A program made the translations under genes and the position numbers. Positions 50,241 through 59,087 of a stretch of 64,000 nt of DNA are shown here, piece after piece. Origin of the DNA: a virus; IMG/VR virus record IMGVR_UViG_3300032313_001394, positions 75,244-139,243 of that record; one strand, written 5' to 3'. Positions within the stretch are counted from its first letter, which is position 1. Every line of letters begins with the position of its first letter. The notes beneath the pieces were generated by a model, which did no database searches, was not told where the DNA came from, and saw nothing but the letters and a program-made list of their open reading frames with translations.

Positions 50241-50609
50241 TTATCTTTTAATTATTAATGGTTTTTTAACTGTACCTCCATTGATATCAGTTAATGTTAT
50301 ATCGTATAATCCATCTTCTAAATCTTTGAAATCGTATATTTTAGTTACAATCTCACTTTCAGCAGTTAATGGTAATGTTTTTGTAGGTTCTACAGCAGCA
50401 AATTTATATATTTGTACAGAGTACTTAGCTCCAGTCGTAACCGCGTATTGTACTGTAACTTGACCACCTGTTGATACTACACTAAGTATATCTGTGGACT
50501 TTGCTGTAACTCCTAATTTAATTTCAGGTGTAGATAAAACTTCTATATCACTGCATCCTGCGGTAATAAATATAAGGCCGATTAAAACAATTGATAATAA
50601 GTTTTTCAT
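50241..50609 (-). CDS. lipoprotein with Ig-like beta domain
   Basis: Lipobox TAGC; LEDGLYDITL resembles T9SS-CTD/Ig-like folds. Confidence 0.7.
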   Translation of the reverse strand: MKNLLSIVLIGLIFITAGCSDIEVLSTPEIKLGVTAKSTDILSVVSTGGQVTVQYAVTTGAKYSVQIYKFAAVEPTKTLPLTAESEIVTKIYDFKDLEDGLYDITLTDINGGTVKKPLIIKR

Positions 50610-50611
50610 AT

Positions 50612-52405
50612 TTAAAAGTTGTTATATCCTGTTAATTTTATTGTTTCTGTGTTTAAATTTATTCCCAACTGAGATCCGCTAGTTGATGCGGCATCTGTTG
50701 CAGAAGTAATTTTAATAAATGAATTAATATCTAATCCGCTTACTAATGTGCTGAATTTCAATTTGAATGGAATCACAGCACCTTTAATTGGAGTTTTTAA
50801 TTTTTGATCAATTGCTCCGAATTTTACTTTACCTGTTGCCGAATTAGCAAATACATACCAATCGTTAGGTACTTCTGAAGCCATTGATTCGAACTTAACT
50901 TTGCTTGGATCATATGCGAATTCAAATTGTAGAGCAGCTACTTCATTTCCGTTTGTATTAACTGAAACTGGTATTTCAATTGAATTTGAAGTTACTGTTA
51001 CGTTTTTAATATTAACATCAATAGCAGGAACAGATTGAGGAGTATTAATAAATCCTATAGTTCTATTCATTATAGCTTTATTAGCAATACTTTTATTTAA
51101 TGATACTACTGCATTTGTTTTTATAACACCACCAACAACTACTTGAGATGAATGTGAACGATTTATATCACCAGGAAGTACATATTTTACATTAATTGTT
51201 AATGGTGTTCCTGGGGTAGCTGGAGTAGTGTATTCATAAGCACGCTGTGCATTAGTAGGTAAAGTAGTAAATACGTTAGATGGAGTAGCAGCGTCAAATT
51301 CCGTAGCTTTAAACGTAGGTAAACTCATCCACCCATTAGATCCAACTGTATATCCTTCTGGTAATACGATTAATTGATTTACACCAACTGCTTGTGCGTA
51401 TAATTTAGTTAAATCACCACCATCGAATCCGTTTGATCTGTTAACATCTACCGCCCAATATCCCATACCAGTTATAATACTAGTATTTTTATATGTTCTA
51501 TCTAGATTTTGAGATACAAATTCTGCTTGTGCTGTTGTATAATCTGATACTGATACTGCTGAGTTCATTATACCTGGTAATTGATCCATATTAGCCATTA
51601 CCATAATTTGATAAGCCGTATTTGCAGTTAGTAATGAATCTACAATATTTACTGTACCATTTGCTGTTACATTAAACATTGGTCCAGTATTATCAGCTTT
51701 TTTAAATAATACTTTAACGTGAGTTGGATTAATATTTCCATTTAAATCCAATACTGCTTTAACAAATTTCTTAGCGTCTGGATTTTGTGTAATTACTGTA
51801 GTTAATGGTATTTCGTTTAAACAAGCACCTGATGAACCATTTTGGTTAAATGATGCTGCAAAGTTCATTTTAATTGGATCCCATGCATCACCTACTGCTG
51901 TTGTTTTTAATCTAAAACGTAATTTTAATAAATCACCATAAGTATTATAAGGTAGTGGTGAATTAGTAGCCCAGTTTAAATAAACACGAATAATTGTTTT
52001 AGGACCACCTTGAGTAAAACTGTATCCCGCATTGTTATAATTTTGATTACCATTAGGGGATGTGTTATTACCATTTCCAGCAAATGAATAACCTGGATAT
52101 GTGTAATTATCCATTGTAATACTAGCACCTGTAGGTAATACACCACCATTTCCACCTGTTCCTGTATTAACTACATTTATAAAATCAAATGCAGCATTAT
52201 TGAATTCAAAATCAAAATACAATGAACGAGAAGTTGTATTTCCATTACCATTTAATTGGACATTGACGATGAATTCATCACCTTTGTCAATAACTCCACC
52301 AGCAATATCAACTTTAGTAGAGTCATCAGCTAATCTAATTTTTGGTTCTTGCGCGAACGCGGTTAAACTTACTAGCGATAGTAGTAAGAATAATAATTTT
52401 TTCAT
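50612..52405 (-). CDS. exported cohesin/dockerin-like domain protein
   Basis: Signal peptide; cohesin-like GDEFIVNV...FDFEFNN and IEIPVSV...ALQFEFAYDPSKVKF; dockerin-like DVNRSNGFDGGD. Confidence 0.7.
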   Translation of the reverse strand: MKKLLFLLLSLVSLTAFAQEPKIRLADDSTKVDIAGGVIDKGDEFIVNVQLNGNGNTTSRSLYFDFEFNNAAFDFINVVNTGTGGNGGVLPTGASITMDNYTYPGYSFAGNGNNTSPNGNQNYNNAGYSFTQGGPKTIIRVYLNWATNSPLPYNTYGDLLKLRFRLKTTAVGDAWDPIKMNFAASFNQNGSSGACLNEIPLTTVITQNPDAKKFVKAVLDLNGNINPTHVKVLFKKADNTGPMFNVTANGTVNIVDSLLTANTAYQIMVMANMDQLPGIMNSAVSVSDYTTAQAEFVSQNLDRTYKNTSIITGMGYWAVDVNRSNGFDGGDLTKLYAQAVGVNQLIVLPEGYTVGSNGWMSLPTFKATEFDAATPSNVFTTLPTNAQRAYEYTTPATPGTPLTINVKYVLPGDINRSHSSQVVVGGVIKTNAVVSLNKSIANKAIMNRTIGFINTPQSVPAIDVNIKNVTVTSNSIEIPVSVNTNGNEVAALQFEFAYDPSKVKFESMASEVPNDWYVFANSATGKVKFGAIDQKLKTPIKGAVIPFKLKFSTLVSGLDINSFIKITSATDAASTSGSQLGINLNTETIKLTGYNNF

Positions 52406-52893
52406 AGTTTATCTAACAATTTAGTAGTTAATGAAACCGATGCTTTCTTCAATGCATTTGATAATGACGTTTGATTAAAACCACCAGCTTCAGAAATTAC
52501 TAAAGTAGACATTGATATCTCACTTGATTTTTCTGTTGCAGTTTTTGTTTTTATAACTTTATCACCTTTCAGTAGTTTACCTACCATACTGATAATAACT
52601 GATTGTTTATCTTGATGCATTATACCTATACTCACATTTGATGTTTCTACATCTAAAAATACGATATCGACTTGTACTGAATAATCAGCAGCGTCTTTGG
52701 TAGGTACTAATGAATAATTTTCGGATAATAGTTCTTCAACTATATTTTTGACACCAAATGCTAAATTTCTATTTCCCGCTAATTTACCGATTTGGATTTT
52801 GTTTTCTACGTTGTGTAGAAATAACTTAGGAGTTTGTGCTTGGCTAATGAATGATGCCAAAACTAATATTAATATAGCAATTACTTTCTTCAT
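52402..52893 (-). CDS. exported CsgG/LptE-like alpha-beta protein
   Basis: Signal peptide; FGVKNIVEELL and FNQTSLSNALKKA resemble 47864-48577. Confidence 0.6.
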   Translation of the reverse strand: MKKVIAILILVLASFISQAQTPKLFLHNVENKIQIGKLAGNRNLAFGVKNIVEELLSENYSLVPTKDAADYSVQVDIVFLDVETSNVSIGIMHQDKQSVIISMVGKLLKGDKVIKTKTATEKSSEISMSTLVISEAGGFNQTSLSNALKKASVSLTTKLLDKL

Positions 52894-53046
52894 AGATAGA
52901 ACTAGTTCCCCCATAAATATAGTATATACTACAAAGCCATAGTTGAATATTATAGGCGTAGTGTGGATTTTTCAACGAACATTATGGCAATTTGTCGTTT
53001 TCGTAGAAGTGTTATATACGTATTGTCGAACAAAATATAAAATAAA

Positions 53047-53208
53047 ATGCCATTATTAGCAATCTCATTATTAATTAGTACATTATTTAGCGTAGTTTTA
53101 GTTAAATTTGACAATACTGAGCGGAAATCAAAACAACCCATCTCTAACCGCAGACATACTGGTGGAAGAAACGGGTTATTAGATATTAATAGAGAAGTAA
53201 TCGATTAG
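53047..53208 (+). CDS. small TM peptide, only plausible plus-strand gene
   Basis: MPLLAISLLISTLFSVVLVKFD... 53 aa with A-rich leader AAAATAAAATG. Confidence 0.45.
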   Translation: MPLLAISLLISTLFSVVLVKFDNTERKSKQPISNRRHTGGRNGLLDINREVID

Positions 53209-53222
53209 TAAAAACGTTATAC

Positions 53223-53570
53223 CTATAATGTTATAGGTTCTATTTTAATGCGCTCTAATGAATCTTTTTCAATGATTTGTTTGAGCGCTTTAATTTTCTT
53301 CTTAGTTTGAGTAAGATCTTTTTTATGTTGGATTAATTTATCATCAGTTTTTTTCTCTTTAAACCAACTAGCGGCAAAATCAGTTTTTTCTGTTTTATTT
53401 GCTTCATCCCATATTTTACGATATTCAAGTGCTTTAATTTCAGCATTGAGTTTCTGCTCCATACCTAATTCAGTACCTAATTTTTGTCTGTAAAATGTCA
53501 TGTCTTGACTAGGCATCGGACCTCCAACGGCTAATCCAAGCATTATAAGTAATTCTTTTAAATCTAGCAT
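53223..53570 (-). CDS. hypothetical protein
   Basis: 115-aa ORF, hydrophobic N-terminus, coiled coil. Confidence 0.65.
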   Translation of the reverse strand: MLDLKELLIMLGLAVGGPMPSQDMTFYRQKLGTELGMEQKLNAEIKALEYRKIWDEANKTEKTDFAASWFKEKKTDDKLIQHKKDLTQTKKKIKALKQIIEKDSLERIKIEPITL

Positions 53571-53573
53571 AAC

Positions 53574-53705
53574 TTATCCTTTTAATAGTTGTTTTTTATT
53601 ATCGTTGCATTCACATTTACATTTAGGACAATCAAATGCTAATAGAGTACAAATACATCCTAAACCAAATCCAGCCAATGAGGCAATTGCAATTGTTGTT
53701 ATCAT
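53574..53705 (-). CDS. small Cys-rich membrane peptide
   Basis: MITTIAIASLAGFGLGC... downstream of tRNA-Glu; shorter than the track ORF. Confidence 0.5.
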   Translation of the reverse strand: MITTIAIASLAGFGLGCICTLLAFDCPKCKCECNDNKKQLLKG

Positions 53706-53720
53706 AATAATAAATATTTG

Positions 53721-53792
53721 TAGCCCCAACGGGAATCGAACCCGTGACTCATCCGTGAAAGGGACGTGACTTAACCGCTTGTCGATAGGGCC
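53721..53792 (-). tRNA. tRNA-Glu(TTC)
   Basis: GGCCCTA/TGGGGCT acceptor; CGTCC-CTTTCAC-GGATG; ACGGG-TTCGATT-CCCGT. Confidence 0.92.
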
Positions 53793-53795
53793 ATT

Positions 53796-53901
53796 TAGGA
53801 AAGTAGAAGATGGGTGCGTGGACATCTACTTTTATGATTGGCATTTCTAACCGATCGTACCTGCCCTTCCTACAGTTAAAGGATACATCCCAATCAACCT
53901 A
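53796..53901 (-). ncRNA. candidate multi-helix ncRNA inside tRNA cluster
   Basis: Closing TAGG/CCTA; stems TGATTGG/CCAATCA and AAAGTAGA/TCTACTTT; inner TCCT/AGGA hairpin. Confidence 0.55.
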
Positions 53902-53903
53902 TG

Positions 53904-53978
53904 AGTTAAGTGCTGGATTCGAACCAGCGGTTTTATCGTTTTGCAAACGAGCGCGTTTGGCCACTCCGCCAACTTAAC
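53904..53978 (-). tRNA. tRNA-Cys(GCA)
   Basis: GTTAAGT/ACTTAAC acceptor, U73, loop TTGCAAA, GCTGG-TTCGAAT-CCAGC. Confidence 0.9.
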
Positions 53979-53983
53979 TTATG

Positions 53984-54054
53984 CACGTCCTAAAGGATTC
54001 GAACCTTTATCATCGCTTTTGGAGAGCGGTATTCTACCATTGCACTAAAGACGC
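53984..54054 (-). tRNA. tRNA-Trp(CCA)
   Basis: GCGTCTT/AGGACGT acceptor, G73, loop CTCCAAA, AAAGG-TTCGAAT-CCTTT. Confidence 0.9.
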
Positions 54055-54060
54055 TTAATT

Positions 54061-54258
54061 TTACTTCTGTATTTCTTGTTTTAATTTCTCTAAATATAGG
54101 ATACCATCCATCAACTCATCTTGGGCATGTTCGATCCAATCGATCTTTTCTAAATCGGCACGATCTAAATCAGTACCGTATTTTTGGTTCCCCATACGAG
54201 CTCTACGCTCAAATTTAGCAATAATACTTGCTACTACTGTATCTATTTTGAATTCCAT
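54061..54258 (-). CDS. small MazG-like all-alpha protein
   Basis: GNQKYGTDL...WIEHAQDELMDGILY. Confidence 0.65.
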   Translation of the reverse strand: MEFKIDTVVASIIAKFERRARMGNQKYGTDLDRADLEKIDWIEHAQDELMDGILYLEKLKQEIQK

Positions 54259-54312
54259 ATTATAACTTTTATTTATTTAAATGTAACTAGGAAATACTTA
54301 AGAAACAAATTA

Positions 54313-54936
54313 TTACTTAAATGTAAATCCAGTTAATTTTTCTATTTGTGCTAATGGAACTTCGTTATTTTGAAATCCATCTGATGGAGATAAGTCATTA
54401 TTAAATAGATAGGCATGCCATTTACCTGCCACCTGAACTACTTTCCAACATTGAGTAGGAACTGATACTAGACCAATCTTTTTTGCTTCACCAACTGAAC
54501 CACTCCATACTCTTACTTTTGAACTAATAGCTGCCCAATTTCTAGTTGCAGTTTCTAATGATTTCCAATCTCCAGCATTTAATCTATGTGTTTGAGCAAC
54601 CATATTTGAAAAATAGAAACACTCATCTTGTACTGCTTGTGTTTGGCAAAGATTATCTGCTGCGGGCATTACGTGTCCTCTATCGTATCCGCTCTTTACA
54701 TAGTAAAATGCAATATTAGTTTCATCTACTAATTGTGGGTCTGGCTTAAAATTGTCTTTACGTTTTAAAGGTGTAGGACAACCTACCATTGCTTTTGTTG
54801 TTTCCCATTGTACTAATACTGGGTATCTTTTTGATTTACTGAAGTGTGTTGTGTAGTTTGTGTGTTTGATTACTACAATGTCTTGTGCTGTTAAACCAAA
54901 TGATGCGAGTAATAATAGTAATAATAATTTTTTCAT
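54313..54936 (-). CDS. exported DNA/RNA non-specific endonuclease (NucA-like)
   Basis: Signal peptide; GYDRGH, FYFSNMVAQ, LNAGDWKSLE. Confidence 0.9.
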   Translation of the reverse strand: MKKLLLLLLLASFGLTAQDIVVIKHTNYTTHFSKSKRYPVLVQWETTKAMVGCPTPLKRKDNFKPDPQLVDETNIAFYYVKSGYDRGHVMPAADNLCQTQAVQDECFYFSNMVAQTHRLNAGDWKSLETATRNWAAISSKVRVWSGSVGEAKKIGLVSVPTQCWKVVQVAGKWHAYLFNNDLSPSDGFQNNEVPLAQIEKLTGFTFK

Positions 54937-54940
54937 AGTT

Positions 54941-55999
54941 TTATTTAAAATAATTTGCCCAGATTTTACGTGTTTTATCTGTATATGATTTCAATAAACA
55001 TTTATTCATATAAACATTCACATGTGGGTAATTATACGTATCACATAAAGTACTAAAAATGTCATTTGTGTTGGTTTGACGTGTTGTAAACCAATGACTA
55101 GCCCAAGGTATTTCAGGTGATGCTACTAATGGTACACCTTGTGAAATAATGTCAGCTGCTACAATATTGAATGTTTCATTAAACGATACTTGCATTCCAA
55201 TATCCATCTTAGAGCATAATTCTAAAAATTCTTCACGTGATGCCCATTTATGGATTACTAATTTATGTCCCTTATTTTCTAATTGTTCAAATAAAGCAAC
55301 CAAATTGTTGAATATAGGTTCGCCTTTTTGCTCTAATCTAAAGTTAATATGGAAGTTAAGTTTTTTACCTATCTTATCAGCTAATCCAATAGCAGCTAGT
55401 GCCTGTATTAAATGATTTTTTAATGGGCGAACAGCGCCAAAACAAGATATATCGATAGTATCTTTTGATTTATCTAATTTTTTAGATTTATAGTCTTGGG
55501 GATAATAATTAGGTAAGAATATTACTCGTTGTTTTTGAATTTCCTTATTCCAATCATTTTTATGCCCTAAATAGAATTGAATATCTTTTGTTGTTTGAGG
55601 TGAATTACAAGCCACAACTATATTATCGTACTTACTATAATTACCCAACCAATCCATTGCCATTCCTTCATTTGCTAAAAATGGCACTTCACTATGTAAG
55701 CGAATCACCCACTTAACGTTTGGATGTAATTTAACTAATACATCAAACTTAGATGGAACTACCCATAGCGCTTCAATAATGACGTGGGATGGATTAAATT
55801 CTGTTACTTCACGATCAATATCGTTGTTATCAGTTACCACCACCATTTTAGATTCAATGTGATCTTTCTTTAGCATCTCATCCATAAAGAGAGCTGAATT
55901 GTACAGGCCAGTGCTTAATCCTACGTGGGAATATTGTTCAGCACCATAATTTTCGTTGCGTTTTAAAATAAAGAGTACTTTATTTTTGTTGGGTTTCAT
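54941..55999 (-). CDS. GT4-like glycosyltransferase
   Basis: FGAVRPLKN, SFNETFNIVAAD...GVP. Confidence 0.8.
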   Translation of the reverse strand: MKPNKNKVLFILKRNENYGAEQYSHVGLSTGLYNSALFMDEMLKKDHIESKMVVVTDNNDIDREVTEFNPSHVIIEALWVVPSKFDVLVKLHPNVKWVIRLHSEVPFLANEGMAMDWLGNYSKYDNIVVACNSPQTTKDIQFYLGHKNDWNKEIQKQRVIFLPNYYPQDYKSKKLDKSKDTIDISCFGAVRPLKNHLIQALAAIGLADKIGKKLNFHINFRLEQKGEPIFNNLVALFEQLENKGHKLVIHKWASREEFLELCSKMDIGMQVSFNETFNIVAADIISQGVPLVASPEIPWASHWFTTRQTNTNDIFSTLCDTYNYPHVNVYMNKCLLKSYTDKTRKIWANYFK

Positions 56000-56495
56000 A
56001 AAAGTTTTAGATAGACATTATTGTATATATATAAATATCGGCCTTATCTTTTATGTAAATTAACTTAATTATTACTATTTCCTGTATATTTTATAGTGGT
56101 TCCTATTTGATAGAAAATATAACAAATACACGATAGCAAATATTCCAACTACTGCTCCTACTTTATATATCATTGTTTTTAAAGGTAATTAATTCTGGGT
56201 GTGTTTCTATAATATGTGCTATAGCATGTACTATTTCTTCAGTACCGAATGTAGTTTTCCAATCGCATTCATCCGCTACTTTATTTACCCATTCCATGTA
56301 TAATGTATGTAGTTCTTCTTTATTAATTTCCATATTATTTATGTTTTGATTCAAATTTATCACAAGTGTGTTCCCGATGCTCAATAATCTTTGGAGGACT
56401 TGATAATCGACAGCGAAGTCCCAATCCTAATCCAACCATCCACATCATTTGTTGACAGTTAAAACACACTTTTTTATCTTTAGGAATAGTATTCA

Positions 56496-57113
56496 TTATT
56501 GAATTTTTGGGAATAAAACTGTGTCCATAAAATATTTAGCACGTTCTGCACCTAATTTAGCTTTTAATACATTATATGTACGTTCATTTTTAGATTGTTG
56601 TTCGCAATAATAATTTTGTGCTTCAACTACTAATTTAGGGTCAGCAAATAGACCTACTGTTTCAGTATACGATTCAAATAAATCAGTTGCTTCACGACAT
56701 AATCGAACCATTTCTTCAGTACCTGGTCTGATTGCTACAGCATGTTCTGAAAATATATTATTAGCCCATTCAGGTAATGGGTATGGTGTTTTAAATTCGT
56801 GGTTAATGAATTTATCTGGTGAATATGTAACTGGAGACAAATCAATAAATGCAGCTAATGGTTTTTCATTAGTGCATATAATATCAAATCCAAATATTGG
56901 ATCTGCGTAATTTAATTGTGGAAATGCTGTAAAGTGTAATACTTCTAATGCTCTATCACTATAGCGTTCAATATGAGCTATACGAAACGAATCAGAAACA
57001 TATCTGGTGTTTTCCCACCCGAAATCTTCTGTTTCGATTTCAAATCCATTATCTTCAATCAGAATACTTTCTAAAATATTAGCTGTTTGATCCAGTAGTG
57101 TTTTGTAATTCAT
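56496..57113 (-). CDS. ferredoxin-dependent bilin reductase, PcyA/PcyX-like
   Basis: FRIAHIE, VLH, FP, PIFGFDI, AAFIDLSP, LPEW..IFS, QNYYCEQQSKNERT, FMDTVLFP. Confidence 0.88.
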   Translation of the reverse strand: MNYKTLLDQTANILESILIEDNGFEIETEDFGWENTRYVSDSFRIAHIERYSDRALEVLHFTAFPQLNYADPIFGFDIICTNEKPLAAFIDLSPVTYSPDKFINHEFKTPYPLPEWANNIFSEHAVAIRPGTEEMVRLCREATDLFESYTETVGLFADPKLVVEAQNYYCEQQSKNERTYNVLKAKLGAERAKYFMDTVLFPKIQ

Positions 57114-57597
57114 CTAATATGTTAATTATGAATTGAAATCCTTTATTTACCTCGTCGGCCCAATCATCACTTTGAACCGCTCTAATTGATCCTACTGCAT
57201 CCATCATATTATCGAAATCATACATTCGACCTGATCCGTGTATTTTACTCTTCATCATTTGGCCACCAAATGCTAATGCAAGATAGTTTAAATAGATATG
57301 TGGTAATATTGTACTATTACTTAACGTTGATAAGTAATTATTATATTCGAGTGTAGATGGCATTGTAAATGTAATTGGTGTGCCTAATTCTGTTAAATCC
57401 TCAAATATTTTTACATTACGAGTTAAATCTGGGTGAGGTAATGTAAATGATTGTTCTATTATTTTAAATATAGAATGTTGTTGTTGTAAATATCGTACAT
57501 ATTGCTCAACAGGTAATTCTCCACGAAACATTCGCTGGTTAAATTCCATTTTTTCTGCTTTACTGTGCAGTTCAGATGTTGCTTCTTTTAATTCCAT
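57079..57597 (-). CDS. heme oxygenase
   Basis: LKEATSELHSKAE proximal His; HIYLNYLALAFGGQMM distal helix. Confidence 0.88.
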   Translation of the reverse strand: MELKEATSELHSKAEKMEFNQRMFRGELPVEQYVRYLQQQHSIFKIIEQSFTLPHPDLTRNVKIFEDLTELGTPITFTMPSTLEYNNYLSTLSNSTILPHIYLNYLALAFGGQMMKSKIHGSGRMYDFDNMMDAVGSIRAVQSDDWADEVNKGFQFIINILDELQNTTGSNS

Positions 57598-57977
57598 TTT
57601 TCTAATTTTAATAGTTCAATATTTTCTCTTTCAAGTTCATGTGAGTATCTTTCTCTCATTCCCACGATTCTATGGAAATCTTTATATGATGATGGGTGGT
57701 AATACTTTAAATAAGATAACCCCATTTCATAGTCTGAAATAACATCTTCATATCTATGTTCTCTAGAATCAAATCCTTCTTCTAATATTTTAATATCGGA
57801 TTGTAAACTAAAAATTACATTTTGTAATGAATCAGCTTTACATTCTGTAGTGACTGGTTCTAGTGCTATATTATTGGGTTTAATTACTAAATGAAATAAT
57901 AATTGAAATCCAATAAATCCAATAGTAAATGCTAATAGTATTTTTATACTATCTCCAAACTTGTGCGTATCTTCCAT
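57588..57977 (-). CDS. membrane-anchored hypothetical protein
   Basis: N-terminal TM plus coiled coil. Confidence 0.65.
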   Translation of the reverse strand: MEDTHKFGDSIKILLAFTIGFIGFQLLFHLVIKPNNIALEPVTTECKADSLQNVIFSLQSDIKILEEGFDSREHRYEDVISDYEMGLSYLKYYHPSSYKDFHRIVGMRERYSHELERENIELLKLEKWN

Positions 57978-58236
57978 GTCTGTATACTGTTTTTTGTTTT
58001 TTTGCCCTAGGTGGTTTTAATGATCGTGTTACTCTATTGTCGTCTTCAGACGGCATCCGCCTATAGTCTTCTTTAGTATCGAATGAATAGCGTATATCAC
58101 TGTCAGTAAGCCAAGTTTCATATGAGTGTGTGTTATCGACAGGAAAATCGATTATAACGTAGTATCTCTCGTGTTCTACACGTAGTATACTACCAACACC
58201 TAAATCTGTAACTATGCGTTGGTCTACTTGGTACAT
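57949..58236 (-). CDS. hypothetical protein
   Basis: 95-aa ORF. Confidence 0.6.
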   Translation of the reverse strand: MYQVDQRIVTDLGVGSILRVEHERYYVIIDFPVDNTHSYETWLTDSDIRYSFDTKEDYRRMPSEDDNRVTRSLKPPRAKKQKTVYRHGRYAQVWR

Positions 58237-58239
58237 AAC

Positions 58240-58818
58240 TTAGTATAATATATTTCGTATTTTACTTTCTAATTGTCTTTGTTCAGCAAATGCTTCTATT
58301 TCCCAAGGTCTATCATTATATTTTGATTCAGACACCTCATACCCGGAAATAACCTTACCATCCCAAATAACTTCATTTTTATGCAATATTAGTTTTTGAG
58401 TAACATACTGTCGTAGATGTATTAATTCATGCGATAATACCTTAATAGATTCATCTCTACCCATATCATCTAAGAATATAATATATTGTCTGCCTCTGCC
58501 AAGTATATGTGCTTTTAAAGTACCTTCAGAATCGAACTGTTGTTTTACTTCATCGGTTATAGGTCGTATAGTAACTGCTATACTATCCATGCCCAACTCA
58601 TTTAATCCAACATAAACAACTGAATCCAAGTAATTATCTTCAGTTCTATTCGCTACCATATTAGTGGTTTCTATATCGAACTGTTTAAATGTTTGTTCCT
58701 GATATATTCCAATATTCATTTTGAATTTTAATCCATCTAAGAATGACTTCTTAAATAGGATAAATCCGATAATGATTAATAGTATAATTCCTATAATCCA
58801 TTTTACTTTTGTTGTCAT
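58240..58818 (-). CDS. membrane-anchored HExxH metallopeptidase
   Basis: N-terminal TM; SHELIHLRQY, PWEIEA. Confidence 0.8.
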   Translation of the reverse strand: MTTKVKWIIGIILLIIIGFILFKKSFLDGLKFKMNIGIYQEQTFKQFDIETTNMVANRTEDNYLDSVVYVGLNELGMDSIAVTIRPITDEVKQQFDSEGTLKAHILGRGRQYIIFLDDMGRDESIKVLSHELIHLRQYVTQKLILHKNEVIWDGKVISGYEVSESKYNDRPWEIEAFAEQRQLESKIRNILY

Positions 58819-58821
58819 AAT

Positions 58822-59046
58822 TTATGATAATAATTGGTCTAAATCGATATTATATTCATTCATCATTTGAATGAATTTCTCTCTATATTCATATGCTCCT
58901 TCATTACCACCATGTTTGTATTCTGATCGTAAATACTGGTCATATTTCCACATCATCAATACTAAATCCAATGACATGACAGCTCTTAAATGAGCTTGTT
59001 TATCTTCTGGATCGTTTAAATCGTATGTTAGTGTTGCTGTTGCCAT
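58822..59046 (-). CDS. hypothetical protein
   Basis: ORF behind promoter motif 59063-59080. Confidence 0.7.
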   Translation of the reverse strand: MATATLTYDLNDPEDKQAHLRAVMSLDLVLMMWKYDQYLRSEYKHGGNEGAYEYREKFIQMMNEYNIDLDQLLS

Positions 59047-59087
59047 AACTTTTATTTTATACTTAAATATAATCAGGAAAGGTCGAA

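Noticed and set aside
53574-53825. 83-aa ORF as listed in the track
   Set aside because: Its 5' half reads through tRNA-Glu; only the 43-aa part from 53705 is plausible
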